Made by a program: the position numbers and the translations under genes. A DNA stretch of 63,340 nt, filler included, from Perkinsus chesapeaki ATCC PRA-425 (lineage: Eukaryota; Protista; Perkinsozoa), in the NCBI GenBank assembly GCA_013115145.1. It is 15 parts of 15 records of this genome, joined end to end, with 100 filler letters (N's around TTAATTAATTAA, not from the genome) between each part and the next. Parts side by side here need not be neighbours in the genome. Positions count along the whole stretch, not along the records: positions 1 to 22,790 come from JAAPAO010000572.1; 14 more parts are not named here. The stretch is one strand, 5' to 3'. Shown piece after piece: positions 11,866 to 22,525 of this stretch (positions are counted from its first letter, which is position 1; each line of letters begins with the position of its first letter). The notes beneath the pieces were generated by a model. The model ran no database searches. It was not told the origin of the DNA and was given only the letters and a program-made list of their open reading frames with translations.

Positions 11866-12574
11866 CCGCTCGTTCAATAAACCTATTTTGGAACTAAGAA
11901 TCGATTTTGGAAACGATTTTGAAAAATCTTGTTCCAGGAACGGGTCCTGGAATCGATTCCGAACGTTTTCAGAAACGATTCTGAGTGCGTTCAAAAAGGC
12001 TCGCGTGCGATTCTGGAAGTGATTCTGAGCCGCCAGATTTCAAAATCGCTTTGACCGGTTCTAAACGTTTCGTTGCACGTGAAAGAGCGCACTCGCTACA
12101 GTAATTGAAATTCAATTATTGAATAAAGTCGAATAAAAGTTGTAGCGCAGGATCGAACTCTCAACCGTTGGGATTCGAAACTAAACTCCTAACCAATTAG
12201 ACTAGATTAACGAAAAAATTCTCTGAACCTGTGAGAATCCCCCAAATGCGTTAGGCAAATTGCCCAGAGTATCCTTAGACTAAGGATACTCTGGGCAATT
12301 GAAGCACTAAGGACCTTAGTGCTTCACGAGTTCGACTCCCGCACGTGACACTTTTATGTAGTTCACGAATTCGGGTTCTGGAAACATTTCTGGAATCGTT
12401 TTTGAAAATCGTGTCTATTGAACGCTGGTCAGAATCGTTGCCAGAATCGATTCCAAAAACGTGTTCCAATTCTCAAAATTGCGTTGATTGAACAGGTTCC
12501 CAAAATCGTTTTTCAAAATCGATTTTCAGAAACGATTCCAGAATCGCCTAAGCCATCTTTTATTGAACGAGCGG
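11866..12574. mobile_element. MITE with 16-bp TIRs and 3-bp TSD (PIF/Harbinger-like by TSD length)
   Basis: CCGCTCGTTCAATAAA (11866-11881) and TTTATTGAACGAGCGG (12559-12574). CTA duplicated at 11863-11865 and 12575-12577. Many subterminal GAATCGATT/AAACGATT motifs. Confidence 0.85.
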
Positions 12575-12863
12575 CTAGTACCAGTACATTGAGTACTAGG
12601 TCTTGCGCTTCGCTCCGCTATTAAAAGCGCTCGCCCGAACACATTTTTTACGTGTCTAAAGCTGGTGTTAATCTACAAAGTAATACTTGAAGTAGTACTG
12701 CGGTATACTCTGCAGTTATATGTAGTACTCGTACTGGATATTACTTATTAAGGGGGCGACCTGGTACTAGTATTATTATGGAAAAGGAAGAGAGGAAGTC
12801 TCAGTGATGATTGTCTTGCCACGCAGGAGGGTTCTGGAATGGAGGAGGAAACTATGCAGGTAA

Positions 12864-13115
12864 GAGTCCTTGGGAATTAGGAGGAGGGGTGACCTAGTAC
12901 TAGGATTATCAGTGCTTGGGAATTCTAATTATTATTGAGGGGGTGACCTAGTACTAGTATTATTAGTCCTTGGGAATTCTAATTATTATTGAGGGGGTGA
13001 CCTAGTACTAGTGTTATTAGTCCTTGGGAATTGAATTCTTTACTGGGGGGTGACCTAGTACTAGTATTATCAGGCCTTGGGAATTCTAATTATTATTGAG
13101 GGGGTGACCTAGTAC
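12864..13115. repeat. ~54-bp minisatellite (~4.5 copies)
   Basis: GAGGGGGTGACCTAGTACTAGTATTATTAGTCCTTGGGAATTCTAATTATTATT units. Confidence 0.9.
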
Positions 13116-13203
13116 TTAGTAGTGCTAGTAATTACTGAATTACTACAGTACCAATACTCGTTCCAGGGGTGCTTGGTAGTTTAATGGTACTGTAGTACTG
13201 GTG

Positions 13204-13205
13204 GT

Positions 13206-13273
<68 letters not shown>

Positions 13274-13303
13274 CAGCAGCAGTAGTAGTAGTTGTAGTAG
13301 TAC
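13204..13303. repeat. (GTA/GCA)n microsatellite
   Basis: Direct reading of the sequence. Confidence 0.97.
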
Positions 13304-13709
13304 TGCAAGTACCATTACTCGTACTAGTACGGTTTAGAATAGTTTATAATTTCATTTATTTCGTCTTGAATTGTGGATACCACAATTTCGCAATTGACTA
13401 GTGTCGTCGGTAATTTAACAGATATAATGGTAGAGTTGAAGCGAAGTAAGTTGTTAAAGGGGAGTATGTAAAGGTAAACTCTTGTGCAGGTATCGATAGT
13501 TGTAAAGGAACGATTGAAATGCATGGAGTTCCAACCCGAAAACGCAAGAGAGAAAGTGTCAGTGATGATTGTTTTACCCGTAAGGCAACAGTCAGCCCCC
13601 AGCGCGTTGAGTTCGAAGGAAGTCCGCCCCCGGGTAAGACGGGAGATAACTTATTACTAGTAAAATGTTATGGATTGTAGTTAAATTCGGGTTTTCGTAG
13701 AACTAGTAC

Positions 13710-14060
13710 GGGTAGTGATCGTAGAACTTCCAGTACTAGTAACCGGTAGTGATAGTAGTACTTCCAGTACTAGTAACCGGTAGTGATAGTAGAACTTCCA
13801 GTACTAGTAACCGGTAGTGATAGTAGTACTTCCAGTACTAGCAACCGGTAGTGATAGTAGTACTTCCAGTACTAGTAACCGGTAGTGATAGTAGTACTTC
13901 CAGTACTAGTAACCGGTATTGATAGTAGTACTTCCAGTACTAGTAACCGGTAGTGATAGTAGTACTTCTAGTACTAGTAACCGGTAGTGATAGTAGTACT
14001 TCCAGTACTAGTAACCGGTAGTGATAGTACTTCCAGTACTAGTAACCGGTAGTGATAGTA
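13710..14060. repeat. 34-bp minisatellite (~10 copies)
   Basis: CCAGTACTAGTAACCGGTAGTGATAGTAGTACTT; AACCGG recurs at 13741, 13775 and 13809. Confidence 0.95.
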
Positions 14061-14212
14061 ACATGGCAGGCTGCCATTGGCAGCATAGTAATAAGTAACA
14101 TAGCTTGTAGTACTACCAGTGCTACAAGGTATATATTGGAGCCGAGCAGCTTTCCATAATACGAGAGCGTGTCTCACAGCCCATATGCATTTATTTCCTG
14201 TATATTATGTAG

Positions 14213-16928
14213 TTGGAAATCAATTTTTACATGCCAGTTAAAGAAGGCCATACCCGTGTTGTATGCGACATATGCGGAAAGGAGTATTGGAAGTATGCTC
14301 GATACAAGCACGCGTGCTACAGGAATCCTAATAGGGTTCAATGCCCTATATGTGGAGAATTCTTCGTAGCGCTGCACCGACACATCAATCGGGAGGTATG
14401 TAAAAGAAATGCACAAAAGAAGAAAGCCCAAGAAGGTGGTCCATATTTATAGTATTTATCGGGTTCCGATGCGCTCCCTTTCAGCTCGCAAATCGGAACC
14501 CATTACCCCTTTTGGCGAACATATCACCCCTCTTGAGGAACTGATTCAAACTTCTGAGGAACCAAATGAGCCTTCTAAGGAACTTATTACGCCTTTTGGT
14601 AAAGCGGCTCGTGATGCTGTTGCATTGCAGGTGGACGTTTCGTCTACTACAGCCTCTGCTCCTGTCATTACTACCCCACCTGGGGAATCTATTACCCCAC
14701 CTGGGGAAGGTACTACCCCCCCTGAGGAATCTATTACTTCTCCTGAGGAATCTATTACTCCATCTGGGGAATCTATTACCCCACCTGGGGAAGGTACTAC
14801 CCGCCCTGAGGAATCTATTACTCCACCTGGGGAATCTATTACTCCACCTGGGGAATCTATTACCCCACCTGGGGAAGGTACTACCCCCCCTGAGGAATCT
14901 ATTACTCCACCTGGGGATATTACCCCACCTGGGGAATCTATTACCCCTCTTGAGGATCCTATTGAGTCTCTCGAAGAACCTATTGAAACAACTACGGTTG
15001 CTATTCCTACGTCTTCTAGTAGTGCGCCACGATTGGATCGACTCGTATCAAGTATCCCTCGTGCTACTCCAGTCGGTGGGGCCACCATTACGTCATTCGG
15101 TGCTCCTAGCGGTGGACCTGATGTGGATTCGATCGTCATACCAATTTATCCGCGTACATTGCTAAGTGTACATGGGACTTTCGATGGCTGGCGAATTGGT
15201 GGTGGGGCGGGGCCAATTAAAGGTGTTGATGGTACGCTGGTGTGCATCGCGACGGAACCATATGTTCTGATGGCGAAAGCTAATCAGTTCGACAATCTTC
15301 GCTTTTGCGATGGCCTTTACAATTATGGAATGACCGCCGTGTGGAATGATAACTTTGGAACTTCGGTTGTGCTTGGAACTATATCTGTTTCTACCAGAGT
15401 ACTCGTCCAGGTGTTGGATGACATATATCCGCCAGATGAGTATCTTCTGTTATGCCGTTATGGACAGAAGCTGAAAATTATGCGGGAGCTTATCAATTAC
15501 TATGATTCCTTAGTGCGGGTTGACCATCGAACACTATCAAATGAATCTAGTCTGGTCAAAACAATTTACGATATAGGCCGCAACTTCGATGACACTGCGA
15601 TTTGCTTACTGACCACCACCAACCCCAATGTTAAGCCGTGGAATTTGCTATCAGTTCTTGGAGGAGCGAACTCCGGTTCATTAAGATGGTCCGAAAAGGT
15701 GTATATTCCTGGTGCAGTATCGTGCGAGACTAATGTTGTTTTATATCCCCGATTGGTGCATTTTCTTAAGGGTGTTATGGGTACCAAGAAATATGTCCCT
15801 TTAAAATACCAAGCTTTCAGGAAGCTTGTAAATGATACCAAAAAACTTTTGCGGAAGATGCGTGAAGCTCCCGAACGGTGGTTATATGGTTATCGCCTTG
15901 AATATAGCCTTAGCATTGAAGCTAAAGAAGGTGTGAAATTAAGTACCGCTTACAATGCTGTTGGGCCCCGGTTATCACTGCATTATCATCCTGATGTTGC
16001 CGTATGCCGTGTTGATCCCAAAGAGTACATGAGCTACATTCAACTGATGTTGGATGTAGCGGATCAGTCCGGCGTTTATTCTGGACCGAACGCCGAGCCA
16101 TTGAGTAAGAGGGCAAAAGCATTCGCAGCTTTTATGATTAATACTCTGGGGAACACTTCCCCTCATATCCAATCTCTTGAACGTGAAGGTAAATTCGTCT
16201 ACTATGAGTACCTAAAGTCTTTCGCGATGACTAGGGGGAAGCTGCATAACCCGGATCCAGACCATCTTCAACCAGATAGAGATGAATGTGTGGATATGAG
16301 AAACAACGTCAAGTGGCGAAAGCCACTAACTAAAGCGGATACCCCTTTGTCAGTGGCCTACTCGATTAAAAGGTTTGGTCCTGTTGGTAAGACCAAGTGT
16401 TCTAAAAGCCATCCCAGCTTCTTCTCGGCTATGAGAGAAATTTGGGATGCCTTTTCCGAACATTGGAGAGATAGAGTTGTATTAACGAATGGGAGGAACG
16501 ATACCCCAGAATCTGACCCCTTCAAAGATATTCCTGGTGGTTATCCGGAAGCGTATGGCACAATCTCACGGCATTTTCAACACCCATCCAGGAAACGGGC
16601 GCGTTCAAAACACGCATTCTGCGGAAGGGTCGAGAGAGGGTGCAAATTTAAGGAGACCACAGCTGCAAAGGAGGGGAAATCCACTGCGCCCGCTTCTGCT
16701 GCCATTACTGCTGCTGTCAATATTGCTGCTGCTGATGCGAGGAGGGATGATGAGGTAGAGGATGAGGTAGAGGATAAGGGAGAGGATGAGGTAGAGGAAG
16801 ATTTTGGGATATGGATATGCTGGAATGGATACTCGGCCAGTGAGCTGCGACGATTGATCAAGATCTTTTTCCTACTTTTTTCCTACTTTTTCAGGATGCA
16901 GAGCTTGCGATACCCCCTCTTCAGTTAA
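14213..16928 (+). CDS. Uncharacterised zinc-finger / Pro-Thr-Glu repeat / unknown-domain protein (spliced; 5' exons further upstream)
   Basis: Exon 14213-14435 follows an AG acceptor and encodes CDIC...HAC and CPIC...H...C fingers. A 49-nt GT...CTTTCAG intron (14436-14484) joins it in frame to the uninterrupted 839-codon ORF. Acidic tail. Confidence 0.75.
14685..14950 (+). repeat. 21-bp coding tandem repeat (ESITPPG-type heptads)
   Basis: GAATCTATTACYCCACCTGGG variants within the long ORF. Confidence 0.95.
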
Positions 16929-17319
16929 GGCTGCAGTGGAGAATGAATAAGGCATTGGATGCTCGCGCGTCAGCCACGTACAGCCATGGATGTGCTAGTG
17001 CCTCAAAAAGGTGTTAAGTACTATATTTTAGTGTTCCAGGTGATCGCGAAGTTGATGAATGAGTGTGTCACACACTGTGTGTGAGTGTATTAATATGCGT
17101 CTGTGTTGTATGCGTATCATCTTATTTATTAGTTTCTCAGATTATACAGATACATGGAATTGTGTTTCAAAATGTCCAAATGTACTACCATTAGTTGCAC
17201 ATACTTGCACAATTTGGTGCGCAACTAATCTGAAGCATCTAGTTCCGTAATAAGCTGCTGTGGGGCTACAACTGGCTTAAGATAGAGTTTAAAATGCGCA
17301 AACAGTTGACCCTCAACTT

Positions 17320-17690
17320 TACTAGGTCACCCATTCACTGCAGTACAAGTTCCCTACATTACCAGTATCAAGCCAGGACTATCCTGGGCGGGTACTAGGT
17401 CACCCATTCGCTGTAGTACAAGTTCCCTACTTTTTAACCAGTATCAAGCCAGAACTATCCTGGGCGGGTACTAGGTCACCCATTCACTGTAGTACAAGTT
17501 CCCCACATTACATTACCAGTATCAAGCCAGAAATATCCTGGGCGGGTAGTACGTCACCCATTCACTGTAGTACAAGTTCCCTACTTTCTAACCAGTATCA
17601 ATCCAGAACTATCCTGGGCGGGTACTAGGTCACCCATTGGACTGCAGTACAAGTTCCCTACTTAACCAGTATCAAGCCAGAACTATCCCC
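17320..17690. repeat. 73-78-bp minisatellite (5 copies)
   Basis: Units start TACTAGGTCACCC at 17320, 17393, 17469, 17547 (variant) and 17623. Confidence 0.95.
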
Positions 17691-17714
17691 TAAGAATCTC
17701 CTAAGAATCCGTAA

Positions 17715-17887
17715 GGTGCCATTGGTTAGGATTGAGGTCTGTCGTTCTGAAGGTCAAGGTTCGATTCTCGGTGAGAAATTGAGAAAATGCCAACGGAAGA
17801 AAGACTGTCGTCCCTCGGTAGAATATGCAAGCTGGTTCGGATGGACATTCTACATAGTTTCTGCCCGACAATGCTCCAAATAATAAA
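17715..17887. other. tRNA-derived (A/B-box-like) segment with conserved hairpin, copy 1
   Basis: Near-identical to 22548-22720. GGTTCGATTC B-box-like motif. Does not fold as a cloverleaf. Confidence 0.55.
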
Positions 17888-17904
17888 TTCCACGGCCGAG
17901 AATT
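17888..17904 (-). pseudogene. tRNA-Asp 3' fragment
   Basis: TTCCACGGCCGAGAATT, identical to 22721-22737 and in the same flanking context. Confidence 0.8.
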
Positions 17905-19415
17905 AAACGTAAATGATTTTGGGCTTGATTACGCTTTTGCCCTTCATGGACAAGAGTTGCTTGAACATGTGACACAGGAAAATGCCGAAGCTATGGTTGT
18001 CATGAGATCTACCAAGGAACAGCCGTCGTCATCTAGCAGCTCAACAACAGTCCCAGCTACAGCAAATTTCGATAATATAGAGTCAGAACCTCTGGATGGC
18101 GATGAACTCGATATTGAGTCCTGGGGGCTTGGTGAAGAAGATGATCTCGTAGATGTAGAGGCTCTTGCAGAAATTATGTGCAGTACTGGGGATGCGGAGA
18201 CGGTGGGTGGACCGAAAGAGGATTTACGCCGTCAGGCGGTGAAATTCCGGGGGTCGATTTTCAAAGTTCAAGTTGCCCATTGGCTAACGCTAGATCGGCC
18301 TCACTTTTCCGGGAGCTCAACAAGAAGTACAACTGCTTGGGCATTACTGATCGTTCAGTTCGCATTTGGGCAGACTTTGAACTTCAACGTAACATCGAAT
18401 CACAGAATTACGAAGCTTCTCCAGGAGAAGCTCTCCTGGGGTTCTGCCTGCTCGTGAAAGGATAGCTAAAACAAGTATCACTTGGTGTATGAAAGCCTTG
18501 CGTCAGCTCGAAACATCAGAGGATGGGAAAAATGTGAGTGGAGGTGGCCCCGTCGTCGAGCGCGCCGACTTCGCGGTGGAAGGTAAAGAATTCTAATACA
18601 AGCCTGCAATTGGTTCAGTTCGGGTGAATGATGCGGACAATACTGATGGCGAAGATGCGGAAGCTTTGATGATTGATACTGCGCCTGCGACTCGTGAAAC
18701 ACTCTGGAGGGATACAGCGTTAGAGATCCAACGAAGGATGCGGCTTAAACTGCTCCATGTTCCACGGGGCGCAAAAACTTGCTCCAACTGTGCAGTCCCC
18801 TTCCAGGTCACCGCCAGCGTTGGCGTTGGCGTCTTGGCAACAACACAGAGTCACCCTTGCATTCAGGGGCACAGAACGTATAGATACTGCCCTTTGACTA
18901 CGCATCCAGAAGTTAACGGCTTTATGAGCCTCGAGGATTACAAGAGACTCATACTCCCACAGAATCAACTCAAAACTCAAGCCCGCAAGCGAGCCAAGGA
19001 AGAAGCACTATGCAACAGATGTGGAGAGCCGCTAGCAGACACACATCGTCCACTGAGTTCGAAGTTCGAACAACTATACAGTTTATTGGTGTCCTTCACT
19101 CGACGGTAGCCGTTGGACATTTCAGAAATGGCGAGATACACCGGGGCTTGGACCGAGAAGGTTGACTATGGTCGAACGTAATGCAGCCGGCGGTACCAAG
19201 CGGATGAGAACAAATTGAATCTTATATCAAGCATGATATTAATGAAGATAAACACTGACTTGCGTAGAGTCTATCCGAGGGTATAATAGTCGTTCTTTTT
19301 CATAGTAAATTCTTCTTCCTCCTTCCCTCTCTTTTTTCCTTGTTTTTCTCTTTTCTTCTCTTTTTTTCCTTCCTTTCTTTTTCTTCTCTCTTTCCCTCCT
19401 TTCTCCTTTCCAGCC
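17905..19415 (+). mobile_element. Dada-like transposon remnant, copy 2 (diverged family, frameshifted)
   Basis: DFGLDYA, DLRRQAVKFRGSIFK, CSNC...HPCIQGHRTYRYCP and CNRC motifs homologous to ORF 19429-20913. Ends in a pyrimidine tract plus CCAGCC like copies 1 and 3. Confidence 0.65.
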
Positions 19416-21103
19416 CGCGTGCGGGACAGTGCAGAAGTCCTACAAGTCATCCAGAATGAGCGCCAACCTTGTAAACGCAGTTGTCCATGAGCTAGCGGCT
19501 CACTGGAACCGGCGTGCACTTCAAAAGATTGGCAAGGACGCATGTCCTATCACAGATCTCCGCGATTGGACAGATTTTCAAGGCACCATGGGCAGTATGT
19601 TGCCGAACCAACAGCAAGGAGGTCTATCCGCCGGTAGTTATCGTAGCGATAATCCAGCAAGCAACGCCAGCTTCGGTCTCGATTATGCAGCTGACTTACA
19701 CCAGTTCAAGCTCTTGAGCCACGTCGTTGAGGAAGGTGCATTTGACATGGCTGATCCCAAGTTGCTCAAAGGGGGTAATGTAAGCTCGTCTACAGGAGCT
19801 CCAACGGATGTCGGAGAAACGGATAGTGATACGGAGTCTATCTGGTTCGAAACTCAGGATATAGATGAATTAGATATAGGTGAGACTCTCGGAGCAGTGG
19901 CTAAGGCGCATGTGGAGCCTTCACAGCCATCGAGCTCAAGTCAGCAAAATGCATCTCGCATCTCGGATTTACGGCGCCAGTCAATCAAGTTCCGTGAGTC
20001 CATATTCAAGACCCAAAGTCCGTTATCGAACACACGCTCAGCAACACTATTTCGTCAACTCGATGCGAAGTATCAATCCTTAGATGCCGCAGATCAGGCT
20101 GTCCGCATCTGGGCAGAATTTGAGCTTCAGAGAAATGTTGATGTGATGGCCACATCTTCGAGAGCTGGTGCCTTACCGGCCTCGGAAAGGATCGTGAAGA
20201 CTAGTATCACGTGGTGCATAAAGGCTGTGCGTAGCCTTTCGAAAGAAAAAGACGCTGCCGATGTCTCAGGCGGGGGTCCTACCATTCCGGCCGTAACTTC
20301 TCTGTTCGACGACGTAGCTGGTGAATATAGCTTCAACCCTGAGCCGGGGAATCTCGACCGCGAGGCTGGCCATTCCGAAGAGGCATCCCCAAGTGTCGAA
20401 GTGCCGGTTTGTTCTAGCGGAGAATCTGTCTGGCGCTCGGTTGCTCTGGATGTTCAGAGTATGATAAAGAAAAAGGAGCTACATATTCCAAAGGGCGTCA
20501 AACGATGTGGGACGTGTGGCGTACCTTTCAACATACCCGACAGGCCACAAACACACCCGTACATTCAAGGTTACCGCATGTATCGCTACTGCCCACTGAC
20601 TACCCATAGCTCAACGACTGGGTACTTGAGTTTGTCACAGTACATCGAGCTTATACTGCCGGGTAAGATTGAGGAATCCCAGAAAAGGAAGAGGGTTAAG
20701 GAGGGCTCACTTTGCTCAAGATGTGAGAAACCGTTATCCGCTGGGCACATGCCATTAACTGAAGGGGGATATACAGTATACTGGTGCCCTGATATGGACG
20801 GCTCTAGATGGTCATACGAAAAATGGAGGGACACGCCTGGCTTGGGGCCACGCGTTCTCGAAATGGTTCGCTTGAATGCCGGTGGAAGGACGAAAAAACG
20901 CCAGAAAGCATGATGTACGGGTGTTTGACGTCTTTTTTACATATCCATGCGCTGTGTTACGCTAGTGACTGTTTCTATGTACCCTCTTCTCTTCCCTCTC
21001 TTTTTTCCCTCTTTTTCCCTCCTTTTTTCCCTTCTCCTTCTTTCTTCCCTTTCTCTTCCCTTTTTCTTTTCCCCCCTCCCTGGGTCAGGCTTTTCCCCCA
21101 GCC
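19416..21103 (+). mobile_element. Dada-like transposon remnant, copy 3 (5'-truncated)
   Basis: Contains the 494-codon ORF, then a pyrimidine tract and CCCCCAGCC abutting the tRNA-Asp 5' half. Confidence 0.7.
19429..20913 (+). CDS. C-terminal half of a Dada-type transposase with two CCHC-type zinc motifs
   Basis: Open 494-codon frame. HELAAHWNRR near the start; CGTC...H...YRYCP and CSRC...GH...YWCP; basic tail. In copy 1 the homologous region is linked to DDE-core motifs. No catalytic core in this copy. Confidence 0.65.
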   Translation: MQKSYKSSRMSANLVNAVVHELAAHWNRRALQKIGKDACPITDLRDWTDFQGTMGSMLPNQQQGGLSAGSYRSDNPASNASFGLDYAADLHQFKLLSHVVEEGAFDMADPKLLKGGNVSSSTGAPTDVGETDSDTESIWFETQDIDELDIGETLGAVAKAHVEPSQPSSSSQQNASRISDLRRQSIKFRESIFKTQSPLSNTRSATLFRQLDAKYQSLDAADQAVRIWAEFELQRNVDVMATSSRAGALPASERIVKTSITWCIKAVRSLSKEKDAADVSGGGPTIPAVTSLFDDVAGEYSFNPEPGNLDREAGHSEEASPSVEVPVCSSGESVWRSVALDVQSMIKKKELHIPKGVKRCGTCGVPFNIPDRPQTHPYIQGYRMYRYCPLTTHSSTTGYLSLSQYIELILPGKIEESQKRKRVKEGSLCSRCEKPLSAGHMPLTEGGYTVYWCPDMDGSRWSYEKWRDTPGLGPRVLEMVRLNAGGRTKKRQKA

Positions 21104-21148
21104 CTCCTGCGTGACAGGCAGGAATACTAACCTCTATACTACCGCGGA
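21104..21148 (-). pseudogene. tRNA-Asp(GTC) 5' 45 nt
   Basis: TCCGCGGTAGTATAGAGGTTAGTATTCCTGCCTGTCACGCAGGAG, identical to the intact gene where they overlap. Confidence 0.9.
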
Positions 21149-21482
21149 ACTAATATTTTATTTTTCGTCTCGGAGTGAATGAAGATAAGTCGATTTGCAA
21201 CAACGCGGGAAAATTTCCGTGCCAAGCCGTAGCATAAACACACATGATTACTTATTGTAAGAGCGAAAATCCAACTCCACCAACTAGGGAGATCGTCCTA
21301 GTGCAGAGAATGCACACCCCCGGTGCCCCCTGGTCAATGTTGGTCGAGTCTTCCTCGTGAAAAGCCTGAACGGGCCTTGCGAGTGTGCCCGTGATTCACG
21401 CGTCATTGCACCCTCTCAACATTGTTCAAGGGTAGGAGGGATCACTTGCTATCTGACAGGTCTAAAGCTCATATTATCGTCA

Positions 21483-21555
21483 GGGGGACTAGCTCAAATG
21501 GTAGAGCGCTCGCTTAGCAAGCGAGAGGCACCGGGATCGATGCCCGGGTTCTCCA
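21483..21555 (+). tRNA. tRNA-Ala (anticodon AGC)
   Basis: 73 nt; acceptor GGGGGAC/GTTCTCC with G3:U70; anticodon arm CTCGC-TTAGCAA-GCGAG; A and B boxes; followed by TTTT. Confidence 0.97.
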
Positions 21556-22525
21556 TTTTGAGCATTATAAATTCAAAATTGTCTACGGTTGCGTGAACAC
21601 AATAGCATCACATTCTTAAACTTAGCTGCGCACTCTCCTCCATTTCGGTAGCTCTGGGTGCGCATACCCGTAACCTCTATCCTGCCGGATTTTATTCTCC
21701 TAACGCGCACTTGCTTATCGCTATGCCGTCTCTTTTGCGCACTGTACTACACTGTAGTGTAGACAGTGACTGTAGCGCCTCAGCCATCACATCACACCAA
21801 CTGTATCATCACGCCTCCCGTAATTTCGAATTCAACCGACCTTGGACCAGCTTAACTCTCTCGTACACACAACCCTCCGTAATCGACCACGGTGCGATAC
21901 TATCAATTCAACTCAATCGGGAAGAAAACGGTACGACAAGCAATAAGTGTAGTGTGACATGCCAGCTTGGAAAAGCCTCGTAAACTGGAAGTGAATCACC
22001 GCATCAGCATGCCTTCATTCAGCGATATTCACCTTCGCACAACCTTTGATGGCGGTTCCTATCGTCGTAGGAATGGTGACACGGTGACAGCAATTTATAC
22101 TAAAATAAATTATATATTAATTATTCTTTACAATACTTGATTGAATCACCAGTTGCCATCCTGTCCATGCCCCCCAGCTTTTCTGCATTCAAATTTACTG
22201 TGAGGGTGGAATCATGACGGTGATTGAACGTCTGAAAACGGATGGGCTGTCACCACTTTGCTCGAGAAGTAGTCGTGGGAAATCTGGTATGGCAATGAGT
22301 TTTTCGGTGCGCGCGGGAATTTAATGCTACTGAACGTGCTTCAACATCGACTATTATCTGCCACCGTAGCCTCTCAGGATCAAGGCAAATACATGATCCT
22401 CTTGCTTTCGGAAGCCGCTAGGCAGTCCCAGCAACGGCCTTCATGAGAAGAGAGTAAAATTTGTGACTCGCCGGCAGTAGAAGTTGTGGATTTCAGAACT
22501 GCTTTTTAGTACCTCACAAACTGAG

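Noticed and set aside
11633-13401. ORFs 11633-11833 (VGDLVLVTSTSPR)n and 13201-13401 (poly-V/A)
   Set aside because: Open only because of satellite or microsatellite periodicity.
12803-13570. GTGATGA as snoRNA C boxes
   Set aside because: No CTGA D box at a suitable distance; better explained as SDD codons of duplicated exons.
14546-15165. Overlapping antisense and alternative-frame ORFs (197 and 199 aa)
   Set aside because: Shadows of the 21-bp coding repeat in the main ORF. The same applies to the antisense ORFs over the Gypsy pol.
11618-17690. Regular 34-78-bp repeat arrays resembling CRISPR
   Set aside because: Units are contiguous with no unique spacers, no cas genes are present, and the context is eukaryotic. 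These are minisatellites.
21227-21235. CCGTAGC resembling the perkinsid/dinoflagellate spliced leader
   Set aside because: Only 7 nt match; the rest of the leader and a GT donor are absent.
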